Shown: positions 37,952 through 47,302 of the stretch, in pieces
How the letters are laid out: each line of letters starts with the position of its first letter
How positions within the stretch are numbered: position 1 is the stretch's first letter
Assembly: GCA_964585065.1 (NCBI GenBank)
Contig: CAZPCB010000001.1
Location: 226,866-290,865, forward strand
Direction of reading: 5' to 3'
From: an uncultured Candidatus Saccharibacteria bacterium
Lineage (GTDB): Bacteria > Patescibacteriota > Minisyncoccia > SW-4-49-11
Length of the DNA stretch: 64,000 nt
Position numbers and translations under genes: made by a program
Notes under the pieces: generated by a model
Database searches by the model: none
The model's input: only the letters and a program-made list of their open reading frames with translations
Told to the model about the DNA's origin: nothing

Positions 37952-38765
37952 TATTACTCTTCAATCTCTATCCCCTACTCCTGAATTAGATACCTATATA
38001 ATTATTGAGTATGTATTGGGGCTGAATAAACTTGAGGCTATTATGCATCAAGATGATATTATATTGACTAGAGAAATTGAAGCCATACAAGAATGTATAC
38101 AAGAAAGATTAAAACATAAGCCAATTGCCTATATTATAGGGCATAAAGAATTTTATGGCAGAGAATTTATAGTAAATGAACAGGTATTAATACCGCGTCC
38201 AGAAACTGAAGCCATTATTGATATTACAAAAATATTGCTCAAAGATATTACCAATCCTATTATATGGGAAGTCGGTACTGGTAGTGGCTGTATTGCAATT
38301 ACTATAGCTATTGAAATGCCAAATGCTGACATATATGCCTCCGATATATCCCTGAGAGCCTTACAGATTGCACAAAATAATGCTATACTTATTACAGGTA
38401 AGCAAAGTCTTATTACGTATCTTGAAGGAGATCTTATTGATATATTCCCTCAAGAATTACAACCCAATTTGATTATTGCTAATTTACCTTATCTCGATCA
38501 AAATCAATATACAGACGACTCCCTTTTATATGAACCAGATTTAGCGCTTTATTCCAATCAATATGGATTAGAACATTATATCAGGTTAATACAAGATATT
38601 AAGAGTCGTTTTATTGTATATCCTAAGATATTAATTGAGATAAACCCTGAACAAGTAAGTCCTTTACAAGATATTATACAGACAATCTTTGTAGCATCTA
38701 ATATAACTATATATAAAGATTTACAAGGTTTAGACCGACATATACTGATAGAATTCAATCAATAG
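37920..38765 (+). CDS. prmC: release factor glutamine methyltransferase
   Basis: LIPRPETE, GTGSGCI, NLPY; ATG at 37920 chosen as start. Confidence 0.93.
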   Translation: MTIKEIIQQSNITLQSLSPTPELDTYIIIEYVLGLNKLEAIMHQDDIILTREIEAIQECIQERLKHKPIAYIIGHKEFYGREFIVNEQVLIPRPETEAIIDITKILLKDITNPIIWEVGTGSGCIAITIAIEMPNADIYASDISLRALQIAQNNAILITGKQSLITYLEGDLIDIFPQELQPNLIIANLPYLDQNQYTDDSLLYEPDLALYSNQYGLEHYIRLIQDIKSRFIVYPKILIEINPEQVSPLQDIIQTIFVASNITIYKDLQGLDRHILIEFNQ

Positions 38766-38793
38766 ATTAATCAAAGAAAGGAGGTGAATAGAA

Positions 38794-39384
38794 GTGAGTG
38801 AAGAAAAGAAAACAACAGAAGAACAACCAGAAGAAGAGCAAGGATTTTGGGCTAAAAATATTTTATCAATATTTTTAATCATATTCTTGATAGTTAGTGG
38901 AGTATATGCATTCAACCGAGACACCAACACCGATAAGAAAGATAAGAGCGTAGAAGAGAAAGTTGAAGAAATAAAGAAAGACGAAGATAAGACTCAGGAT
39001 GCAAGTGAAGAGCAAAAAGAAGAAAATCCAGACGAAGCTGCAAAGACTGAAAATGAAAGCAAGAATAATGATATTAGTGTATATATTCAAAGAACTGACT
39101 CTGCAATTACGGTAAAGGCAAGAATTGGTGATGGAGTCACTCATTTAGCTCGAAATGCAGTATCTGATTATATCAAAGAAAAAAATATATCTCTGTCCAA
39201 AGAACAAAGATTATATTCTGAAACCGTACTTAAAGATAAGTATTATCAGAAAAGTCTTAATACAGGACAAGATATTGCTTTTAGTCTAGATGATTTATCT
39301 GATACCGTACAAAAAGCTCAGAACCTGACCGAGGGACAAATTCATGCATGGAGTAAATACACCGCTTCCGTACCCTCCTTATAA
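38794..39384 (+). CDS. membrane-anchored hypothetical protein
   Basis: AGGAGG SD plus GTG; TM, acidic linker, GDGVTHLAR motif. Confidence 0.8.
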   Translation: MSEEKKTTEEQPEEEQGFWAKNILSIFLIIFLIVSGVYAFNRDTNTDKKDKSVEEKVEEIKKDEDKTQDASEEQKEENPDEAAKTENESKNNDISVYIQRTDSAITVKARIGDGVTHLARNAVSDYIKEKNISLSKEQRLYSETVLKDKYYQKSLNTGQDIAFSLDDLSDTVQKAQNLTEGQIHAWSKYTASVPSL

Positions 39385-39410
39385 AAAGACCTTATAACAT
39401 AAATTCAATC

Positions 39411-39443
39411 AATCCCCTTTTCTCTGTTTAGAGTGAGGGGATT
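39411..39443. terminator. likely bidirectional terminator
   Basis: AATCCCCT...AGGGGATT inverted repeat between convergent genes. Confidence 0.65.
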
Positions 39444-40802
39444 TTATTTTCCAAGTAATTCTTTGGTTCTTGTAGCTTCATTTAATACTGTATCTGCATA
39501 CCACATATTCTTAACATTACATCCCCCAAGATAACATAAGGCAGCTTTACGTTCTAATTCCTCATTACCTGCAATAGATTGATCCCCCACTTTACCAAGT
39601 AAAATCATTCCCATTGCCAGCATAGCATCTTCAATACTCCATGGGCTTACAGCTGACCCTTTTAATCCTTTTAATTTTCCTTCATAGCCAAGCCATGTTG
39701 CAGGCATTACTTGAGCAGGCCCCATAGCTCCTCCCGTTCCAATATATTTAGGATAAGGACATCCAGATACCGGTTGAGTAATTGGTAAATTTAATGCAGA
39801 AGTAATTTTTTCAAAAGATTGTTCTTCGCGAGTATAATTTAATTTTGTGGTATTCCCTTCACGTGCAGCACATCCACTTAATGAATCTTTATAAAATGAC
39901 CTCCCTACATTACCTCCAAGTCCAGACTCTGTTTTCATCACACCGACTAAATATTCTGGACGTATTTTATTACCAAGTCTTGCCGCATTAGCCGAAGCCA
40001 AAGCATAAGCTTCTTCTAGAGAAATAGCTCCTGGTCTTCCATCAGAACCACCTAATACTTTAATACTATTCAAAAGATTTTGCTTAGTTGCAAATGATTC
40101 TTTTAATAAAGCTTCATATTGAGATTGCTCCCCTTTAGTTTGGGCAAATAAGGTTTCTTTATCTGATTGAGTTTGCTCTAATAAGTTCTTTTGTTGTTCT
40201 TGGGATTGCCTCAAAGCAATAAGCTCTTCTTCTTTATCAAATAAATGTTGTTTTTCTGATACAATTTCTTTTTCTTTAGCTTGAATTAAACTAATAGATT
40301 CTGTAATAGAGTCTTGCATAACTCCTGTTTTCTGCACTGAACCCAATAACTCTGATAATTGATCTTCCGATAATACCACTTCAAATAATGATACATCTTT
40401 TTGCGTATATAAACTGCTAATATATTCCTTAATCAAAGCTTTTTGAGCAACGACTGTCTGTTCAAGAGTCGTAATATATTCTCGAGTTTGTCCTAATTCT
40501 GTTTGTATAGAATTAATATCTTTATTGGTAGCATCAAGATTTTTTTGAGAAGAATTAATTTCATTATCAAGAGACTCTAATTCTTTAGCCAATGTTCTCA
40601 CTTTTACATCAGTTTCTTTTTTAGAATCAGTTAAATCTTGAATTTTAGTCAATTCACTACTCAAATTCTTCTTGGTATCTTCTAGTTTAGAATTAGCTAA
40701 TGCAGGATATGCAGGAATTAAAATAAAACCCAATATCAATACATATATACTACTATATTGTATGCTCTTTAAGATGAAATTATTTTTGTTTTTAGAACTC
40801 AT
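39444..40802 (-). CDS. secreted coiled-coil protein with C-terminal lytic transglycosylase (SLT-like) domain
   Basis: signal peptide, long coiled coil, KTES catalytic Glu, GAMGPAQVMPATW. Confidence 0.85.
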   Translation of the reverse strand: MSSKNKNNFILKSIQYSSIYVLILGFILIPAYPALANSKLEDTKKNLSSELTKIQDLTDSKKETDVKVRTLAKELESLDNEINSSQKNLDATNKDINSIQTELGQTREYITTLEQTVVAQKALIKEYISSLYTQKDVSLFEVVLSEDQLSELLGSVQKTGVMQDSITESISLIQAKEKEIVSEKQHLFDKEEELIALRQSQEQQKNLLEQTQSDKETLFAQTKGEQSQYEALLKESFATKQNLLNSIKVLGGSDGRPGAISLEEAYALASANAARLGNKIRPEYLVGVMKTESGLGGNVGRSFYKDSLSGCAAREGNTTKLNYTREEQSFEKITSALNLPITQPVSGCPYPKYIGTGGAMGPAQVMPATWLGYEGKLKGLKGSAVSPWSIEDAMLAMGMILLGKVGDQSIAGNEELERKAALCYLGGCNVKNMWYADTVLNEATRTKELLGK

Positions 40803-40810
40803 AGTGAATA

Positions 40811-41479
40811 TTATTCTGTTTCTTCTGCCTCTTTATCTTTAGAGTTATTTTCAGCTTGAGATTTCTCTAAAGCATCTAATTCTTCTTTGCTAAGTTCTGG
40901 CTCTTCTTCCGATTGTGGAGCTTCCGTAATTGCAATTAATTCTTCTGCCTCAAGTAAAGAGGTAACTCCCTTTGGGAATACTAAATCAGAAACACGAATC
41001 ACATCATCTACTGTCTCAAGAGTTGATATATCAACTACTATATGTTCTGGCAAATCTCCAGGCAAAGCAGACACCTCTATTTCTTGATGAATTTTGATTA
41101 AAATATTTCCATCTTTTTCTGATTGAGATACTCCCTCAAATTCAAGAACTACGGGTGTTTCAACCTCTTCATTTAAATCCGGTGCAAAAAAATCAATAGA
41201 TAAAATTTCAGCTTTTAATGGATTTCTTTGAATATCCTTCACAAGAGTAGGATATGACTTTTTACCTAAAACAATAGTAATAAGGGTTGACTCTTCTACC
41301 TCTGCTAATATCTTATTAAGCTCAAGAGCATTAATTTGTATTAATTCTGGCTTTGCCTTACCAAGCCCACTTCCATATAATACTCCTGGAACTAATCCTT
41401 CTTTTCGTAAAATAGTACTTTGACTACTTCCTTTCTTCTCACGCTTTTCTACAACTAATGATATCACTTCTTTTTTCAT
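40811..41479 (-). CDS. rplY: 50S ribosomal protein L25/Ctc
   Basis: LRKEGLVPGVLYG, KDIQRNP, LPGDLPEHI. Confidence 0.93.
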   Translation of the reverse strand: MKKEVISLVVEKREKKGSSQSTILRKEGLVPGVLYGSGLGKAKPELIQINALELNKILAEVEESTLITIVLGKKSYPTLVKDIQRNPLKAEILSIDFFAPDLNEEVETPVVLEFEGVSQSEKDGNILIKIHQEIEVSALPGDLPEHIVVDISTLETVDDVIRVSDLVFPKGVTSLLEAEELIAITEAPQSEEEPELSKEELDALEKSQAENNSKDKEAEETE

Positions 41480-41550
41480 ACAGATTTATCTTGACATTAT
41501 TATACCTATAGATGTATTATACACTATATATTATAAAATTTCAATGCATT

Positions 41551-41670
41551 ATGACTATTTCCCCAAAACTCAAACGCTTTGTTAAAAAAACAGTATTTAT
41601 TATATTTTTTATCATCATATTATTAGGATTACTTTCTTATCTTATAGCACCATTTTTTGCGGTAAAATAA
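41551..41670 (+). CDS. 39-aa single-TM protein not in the ORF track
   Basis: MTISPKLKRFVKKTVFIIFFIIILLGLLSYLIAPFFAVK; TTGACA-18-TATTAT upstream. Confidence 0.55.
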   Translation: MTISPKLKRFVKKTVFIIFFIIILLGLLSYLIAPFFAVK

Positions 41671-41715
41671 AAATAATTGATTTATCTGAAACTATTTGAT
41701 ATAATATGGTCTATA

Positions 41716-41787
41716 TGTCCGATCGTCTAATTGGTAGGACGACAGGTTTTGGTCCTGTTAATCTAGGTTCGAGTCCTGGTCGGACAA
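41716..41787 (+). tRNA. tRNA-Gln(TTG)
   Basis: acceptor TGTCCGA/TCGGACA, ACAGG-ttTTGgt-CCTGT, GGTTCGAG T-loop; CCA not encoded; TTGATT-17-TATAAT promoter. Confidence 0.93.
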
Positions 41788-41792
41788 CATTA

Positions 41793-42242
41793 TTATAATC
41801 GCTCTTTATCAAAGAAAAATGCCCACCAACGCTCTGGATTCGTTTGAGCTGGAAGACGCTTTTCTGATTGGGGATCTCTTAGAATTGATACTAAATCTTG
41901 ATTATTAAGATTAGCAGTAATTGATCCTGGAGTTATTAGTACAACCTGCTCACCTGGCTTTTTTAAATCTAGCTTTTGTTTAGCTTCTCTTTCTTGATAA
42001 GCTGAAGAGCTAATATATTCTTTTATTTGCTCTAGAGACAAAAAATCTTGTTTAATACGAGCAACTTGTTTAGTTAATGCTTGTTTTTCTTGTTCTATTG
42101 CATATTTACGTTCAAATATAATAAAAAGATTCTTTGCAATAAATCCAATAGCTATAATAAGCAATAATCCAATAAATCCATTTCGAACATAATGCTTTGA
42201 AGGAGATTTTGTCGTTGATTTACTACTTAAACGTTTTTTCAT
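41793..42242 (-). CDS. septum formation initiator (FtsB/DivIC family)
   Basis: TM plus coiled coil; EREAKQKLDLKKPGE. Confidence 0.85.
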   Translation of the reverse strand: MKKRLSSKSTTKSPSKHYVRNGFIGLLLIIAIGFIAKNLFIIFERKYAIEQEKQALTKQVARIKQDFLSLEQIKEYISSSAYQEREAKQKLDLKKPGEQVVLITPGSITANLNNQDLVSILRDPQSEKRLPAQTNPERWWAFFFDKERL

Positions 42243-42245
42243 ATA

Positions 42246-43493
42246 CTAATAGCCACAACTTGATGGGTTTACCGGAGCTCCCTGTGGACTAGATCCAATT
42301 CTGAGAGAATTAGGCAAATAAATCGTAAAGTGAAGATGAGGCCCTGTTGCAAAACCTGTTGAACCTATTGCCCCAATTCTCTGTCCTCTGGTGACAGATT
42401 GTCCATTTGATACATTTTGAGCTGATAAGTGACCATATAATGAGAAGTATCCGTCTGTATGTTTAATGACTATCCATTTTCCATAGGAATTATTATTAAA
42501 TCCAACACTTACCACCGTACCTGCCGCTGTTGCATAAACAGGAGTACCGTTTGGAGCCCCAATATCAATTCCATTATGTCCAGCTCCTCCATAGGCACCC
42601 GATTTAGCATATGATGTCATACCATATCCTTGTGTAATTTTACCACCCTGCACAGGCCAAGAATATCCTCGAGCGGAACATACTGTTCCCCCACCCCCAA
42701 ATTGACGAGATAAAGCTGCTTCTAAATTTGCAAGTTCCACTGCGGTTGCTCGTCTTTGATTTTCTAATTCTTGTTCTTGAGAAGACAAGCTATTAAGACT
42801 TGAGTTTAATTGATTGACGGCAACAGCCGAGGCCTTAGCTTGGCTTTGAACCTGATTTTTATCACTTTCAATCGATTCTTTTCTATCCTGTAATGTACCT
42901 TGTGTAGAGGCTAAAGTCGCTTTTTGATTAGCAAGATTTTGATTTTCAGTATCAAGCACCCCTTTTTTTGTAGTAATATCAGCTAATAAAACCTGTATTT
43001 TACTTTGTATCGTATCGGAATATTCTACCTCATTGAATACTTCAGATAATGTATCTGCACTTACAGCTGCTACGATTTCATTTTTCACTTGAGACTGCTT
43101 ATATAAACTTTCTACTAAACTTCTAATTGTCTCTTTATTACTTGCAATTTGACTTTCTAAATCTTGAATATTTTGTGTTGTTTCTTGAATATTTCCTTCT
43201 GTTTCATTTAATTTTTGCCCTACCTCTACTAATTGTCCCTGCAAATTTTTAATATCTGAATTCAATTGACTTACCTGCCCCTTTAATGCGTTAACTTCTG
43301 CTTCCTTACTACTTTTTTGTTGTGCTGTTTGATTTTTTTTATTCTGAATTGCTTGAATTTGTTGTTCAATTTTTTGAATTTGAGCATTTTTTGCATTAAT
43401 CTCTGATTGTGTTACTGCCAATACTGGAACAGTACCTTGAGTTATAATCAAGGCTATTATACTGAGAGCTGTAATTGTATATCTTAATTTCAT
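42246..43493 (-). CDS. secreted coiled-coil M23 peptidoglycan peptidase
   Basis: HNGID, YGHL, GPHLH motifs after a long coiled coil. Confidence 0.92.
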   Translation of the reverse strand: MKLRYTITALSIIALIITQGTVPVLAVTQSEINAKNAQIQKIEQQIQAIQNKKNQTAQQKSSKEAEVNALKGQVSQLNSDIKNLQGQLVEVGQKLNETEGNIQETTQNIQDLESQIASNKETIRSLVESLYKQSQVKNEIVAAVSADTLSEVFNEVEYSDTIQSKIQVLLADITTKKGVLDTENQNLANQKATLASTQGTLQDRKESIESDKNQVQSQAKASAVAVNQLNSSLNSLSSQEQELENQRRATAVELANLEAALSRQFGGGGTVCSARGYSWPVQGGKITQGYGMTSYAKSGAYGGAGHNGIDIGAPNGTPVYATAAGTVVSVGFNNNSYGKWIVIKHTDGYFSLYGHLSAQNVSNGQSVTRGQRIGAIGSTGFATGPHLHFTIYLPNSLRIGSSPQGAPVNPSSCGY

Positions 43494-43532
43494 ATTGTAT
43501 TCTTGTTTGTTCTAGGACTTATATTGTCTCAA

Positions 43533-44966
43533 TTATTCTTTGAGCAGATTTTGAGCATAGTGAATACGTTTTAGGGATTCCTCTTTACCAATTATTGAGA
43601 TAATCTCAAATGGTGATGGTGATTTTTCGAGTCCTGACAAAGCTACTCTTAAAGGCCATAATATTTCACCCATTTGTCTCTTATTTTCTTGTATGGCATC
43701 CTTTATAAGAGACTCTATTGTGTCAAATTGACTTTCCTCTATAGTATACACCAATTGATAAGACCACTCAAGACTATTTATAATATCCTCTTTTGTCATA
43801 GCCTTAAAAGCCAATATATCAGGACTATATTCAGGCTGATTCCATAAAAAGCCAATTTCCTTGCCAATATCAGCAAATTTTTTAATACGATTTATTTCTA
43901 GCTGAATAATGGCTTCTAATTGTTTGGCCTGCCATATTTCAATATCAAATCCATTTTGTATAAGATATTGAGTACCAAGTTCAATTTGCTTTTCAAGGCT
44001 TAATTGCTTAATATAATGAGAATTTATTGAATCTAATTTTTGTATATTGAATATAGCCCCACTTTTTTGAACCCGTTTCAAACTAAACTTCTCGATGATT
44101 TCACCCATAGTATAGTATTCCCTATCATTCCCTTCATTCCATCCAAGTAAAGCAAGAAAATTAACAAGAGCTTCTGGTAAATATCCCTGATCCTTATATT
44201 CTCGAATAGAGGTTGCTCCAAAACGCTTAGACATTTTAGATTTATCAGGAGCCAAAATAAGAGGTAAATGAGCAAAGTTTTTACGACTAAATCCCAAAGC
44301 CTGATTAATAAGTATTTGCTTTGGGGTATTTGCGATATGATCATCTCCTCGGATAATATGGGTAATTTGCATTAATTCATCATCGATTACTACTACAAAA
44401 TTATATAGAGGATAATCTAAATTTTTTGCTATGACAAAATCACCCAGTAAAGAAGTATCAAATTCAATGAATCCTTTAATTTTATCCTCAAAACTAATTT
44501 TAGTGTCACTTACCTTAAATCTTAAAACTGATTCTTGAGTAGGCTCAATACTCTGATCACGATAGGGAGACCTCAATACAAATTGCTCATTGTTATCATC
44601 AGCCTGCTGTTTTAAATTATCAATTTCTTGTTCAGTAAGATTACACCAAAAAGCATTGCCACCTTGTATTAATTGTTCCAAATAGGGTTTATATATATCT
44701 CCTCTTTGACTTTGACGATAAGGACCTAATCCTCCTATTTCACCCTGAGAGACAATCCCTTCATCAGGAATTAATCCAAGCCATTCTAATCCCTCTATAA
44801 TATCTTGCTCTGATTCTTTAGTTGAGCGAGCGATATCAGTATCTTCAATACGAATAGCAAAAATTCCTTTTTGATTTTTGGCGTATAAATAATTAAATAA
44901 TGCGGTTCTCGCAGTTCCAATATGAAGATTTCCTGTAGGAGAAGGGGCAATTCTTGTTTTAATCAT
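43533..44966 (-). CDS. gltX: glutamate--tRNA ligase
   Basis: APSPTGNLHIG, RIEDTD, KMSKR. Confidence 0.97.
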   Translation of the reverse strand: MIKTRIAPSPTGNLHIGTARTALFNYLYAKNQKGIFAIRIEDTDIARSTKESEQDIIEGLEWLGLIPDEGIVSQGEIGGLGPYRQSQRGDIYKPYLEQLIQGGNAFWCNLTEQEIDNLKQQADDNNEQFVLRSPYRDQSIEPTQESVLRFKVSDTKISFEDKIKGFIEFDTSLLGDFVIAKNLDYPLYNFVVVIDDELMQITHIIRGDDHIANTPKQILINQALGFSRKNFAHLPLILAPDKSKMSKRFGATSIREYKDQGYLPEALVNFLALLGWNEGNDREYYTMGEIIEKFSLKRVQKSGAIFNIQKLDSINSHYIKQLSLEKQIELGTQYLIQNGFDIEIWQAKQLEAIIQLEINRIKKFADIGKEIGFLWNQPEYSPDILAFKAMTKEDIINSLEWSYQLVYTIEESQFDTIESLIKDAIQENKRQMGEILWPLRVALSGLEKSPSPFEIISIIGKEESLKRIHYAQNLLKE

Positions 44967-45013
44967 ACCAATATCTTGTTCTTAATTGCTATCTATTATA
45001 TCATATATTACTA

Positions 45014-45865
45014 CTATTTTCCACGAATTACATCTCTTATACTCAGTCCTCCAAATAATATCCATGAGAATATATATAATGCTATTTTTTGATACCATTG
45101 AGTATAATACCATTTACTAAAATATCGATTAAATCCCCTTTGCCAATATAGTCTTTTCTTCATATTAAGAAGTTTTTTAGTGCTTGCCCCATGATAATGA
45201 TACATATGAGCCTGGGCTACATAATAGGTAATATATCCTCTTGATTGCAAATTTTTGGATAAATCGACATCATTAAAGAATAACCAATAATCAGCATTAT
45301 CATCAAATCCCCCAATTTCCTGTATAATACTACTTCGTATCATAATAGCTGATGCCATAGGTTGTTCACATTCTTGGCTTTGAGTATAATCAAAATTATC
45401 ATTCCATGCCCCTTTCATAACCGAACTGAGCATATGTTTAGGATTGGGTAGTCGTCTACAACTTTTCTGTATACTTCCATCAGGATATTGTAATTGAGGA
45501 GCCACCATACTATATTCAGAATTCCCATCTAATATAGAGACCAATTCCTCAATACTACTTGGCTGTACTACAATATCTTGATTAAGCCAAAGAGTATATT
45601 CCCCCTGAATATGTTTTAAGGCAACATTATTCCCCGCAGCATATCCTAAATTATCTTTATTCGTAATAATAGTTAATAGAGCTTTCTTATTATCCCATAT
45701 TTGATCTAATTCCTGTAAATATGCAGCCGTATTATCTGTAGAGCCATTATCGATAATAATAAGCTGATAGTAGTCCTTATATGTATCACAAATAGACTGA
45801 ATACAAGCCTGCAAATCTTTTTGATTATTCCAAGCTAAAATGACAATAGATACCTTGGGTATCAT
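45014..45865 (-). CDS. glycosyltransferase family 2
   Basis: IIDNGSTD, NLGYAAGNN, LNQD, FNDVD. Confidence 0.9.
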   Translation of the reverse strand: MIPKVSIVILAWNNQKDLQACIQSICDTYKDYYQLIIIDNGSTDNTAAYLQELDQIWDNKKALLTIITNKDNLGYAAGNNVALKHIQGEYTLWLNQDIVVQPSSIEELVSILDGNSEYSMVAPQLQYPDGSIQKSCRRLPNPKHMLSSVMKGAWNDNFDYTQSQECEQPMASAIMIRSSIIQEIGGFDDNADYWLFFNDVDLSKNLQSRGYITYYVAQAHMYHYHGASTKKLLNMKKRLYWQRGFNRYFSKWYYTQWYQKIALYIFSWILFGGLSIRDVIRGK

Positions 45866-46539
45866 AGAGGAGATTTAATATAATCCTTCCAAATTCTAAA
45901 TAAATCTCCCGTTGCGACTACATCTCTCATACAATATTCTGCAATATCATGATATTTACCATCAATAAACATCTGAGGTACATCTAAACCGGTAACTCCA
46001 GCACTTTTTGGACTTGTAATCCCAAATCGTTTACAAAAATAATCTAAATTAAATCGTTTTGTTGTATTATAAAATGTTAATTGATCAAATAAATCAATAT
46101 GCTCTTTATCAGAATAGCGATATGGTATCAAATTTTTAGTAGGTTTAATACGATGAATGGCTGATCGCATCAAAATATAAGGACAATCAAATGATCTTCC
46201 ATTAAAGGTAATAAAGGTTGAATACTTGCGAATAGTAGCCCAAAACTTTTCTAAGATTTCAGCCTCGCTACCCACCAAATAATGTACTCCATCCTTTTCA
46301 TATCGTTCTTCTAATTTACCATTAGGAGCCTGTAAGTACACACTTTTAATATCTTTATCAGGGTCATATAATCCTATTGCAACAATTTGACCTGTAAGAG
46401 GATATAATCCTAATGTGGTCTTTACTAATTCTTGTTGCTCCTCATTCTCAGCATATTTTAATAAATATTTTTGAGTATCAACATCTAAAGATTCCCAATT
46501 ATCCCCTACTGTTTCAATATCGAATACTAAATTTGACAT
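45862..46539 (-). CDS. DEDD 3'-5' exonuclease (PolB-exonuclease-like, RNase H fold)
   Basis: FDIET, FNGRSFD, YCMRDV. Confidence 0.85.
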   Translation of the reverse strand: MSNLVFDIETVGDNWESLDVDTQKYLLKYAENEEQQELVKTTLGLYPLTGQIVAIGLYDPDKDIKSVYLQAPNGKLEERYEKDGVHYLVGSEAEILEKFWATIRKYSTFITFNGRSFDCPYILMRSAIHRIKPTKNLIPYRYSDKEHIDLFDQLTFYNTTKRFNLDYFCKRFGITSPKSAGVTGLDVPQMFIDGKYHDIAEYCMRDVVATGDLFRIWKDYIKSPL

Positions 46540-46554
46540 ATATATATATATATA

Positions 46555-47298
46555 TTATTTATCTTTTTGTATCATACTATATTTTTGAATAAATGCATAT
46601 ATTTTCTTAAATACTTTTTCTTTACTATGATCTAAATTTACCAGATGATAGGAATCTTTAATCCACATAGTTTGAATATATTTGGCTGGAGTTTTAAGCC
46701 ATTTTTTGAATATATCAATATTATAATCTGGTATCAAATGATCCGTAGTTGATTGTATGAGTAAAATTGGGTCTTTCACCTTTTTAATATAAAATCTTCT
46801 TACCTGTTTGGTCAATAAATACACTTGAGCCGCTGAACTAATAGGAAAAGAATTATAGGCTCCCTTACGAGATAATGATATTTCTTGAATACGTTTTTCA
46901 GGAAATGAATTCTTTTTCTGTATTTGATAGGGTATATATTTGAGAAGATGAGCAAAATATCTCATACTCCATTGAATCTTAATACGAAGTGGAGTACCAA
47001 TAGAAATAATCCCATTTACCGGATATTTGGAAGCTATATACAAAGCTAATTGCCCCCCAGTAGAAAGCCCCCCTACAAATACAATATCCCACTTTTTCAT
47101 AGCCTGAAGATAAGCTCTCTCAGCTTGATATAGCCAATCCTGATATGTTACTCCATGTAAATCAGAGGATTTGGTATTATGTCCCTTTAAATTAATACTT
47201 TTATATTCAATACCTTTTTCTTGTAAATATTGCATCATTTCATGTAAATCATGCTCTGTTGATGTCCATCCAGGGAACCATAATACTCCTATTTTCAT
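46555..47298 (-). CDS. alpha/beta hydrolase (carboxylesterase-like)
   Basis: GLSTGG nucleophile elbow, DH, SYH. Confidence 0.85.
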   Translation of the reverse strand: MKIGVLWFPGWTSTEHDLHEMMQYLQEKGIEYKSINLKGHNTKSSDLHGVTYQDWLYQAERAYLQAMKKWDIVFVGGLSTGGQLALYIASKYPVNGIISIGTPLRIKIQWSMRYFAHLLKYIPYQIQKKNSFPEKRIQEISLSRKGAYNSFPISSAAQVYLLTKQVRRFYIKKVKDPILLIQSTTDHLIPDYNIDIFKKWLKTPAKYIQTMWIKDSYHLVNLDHSKEKVFKKIYAFIQKYSMIQKDK

Positions 47299-47302
47299 AT
47301 TC

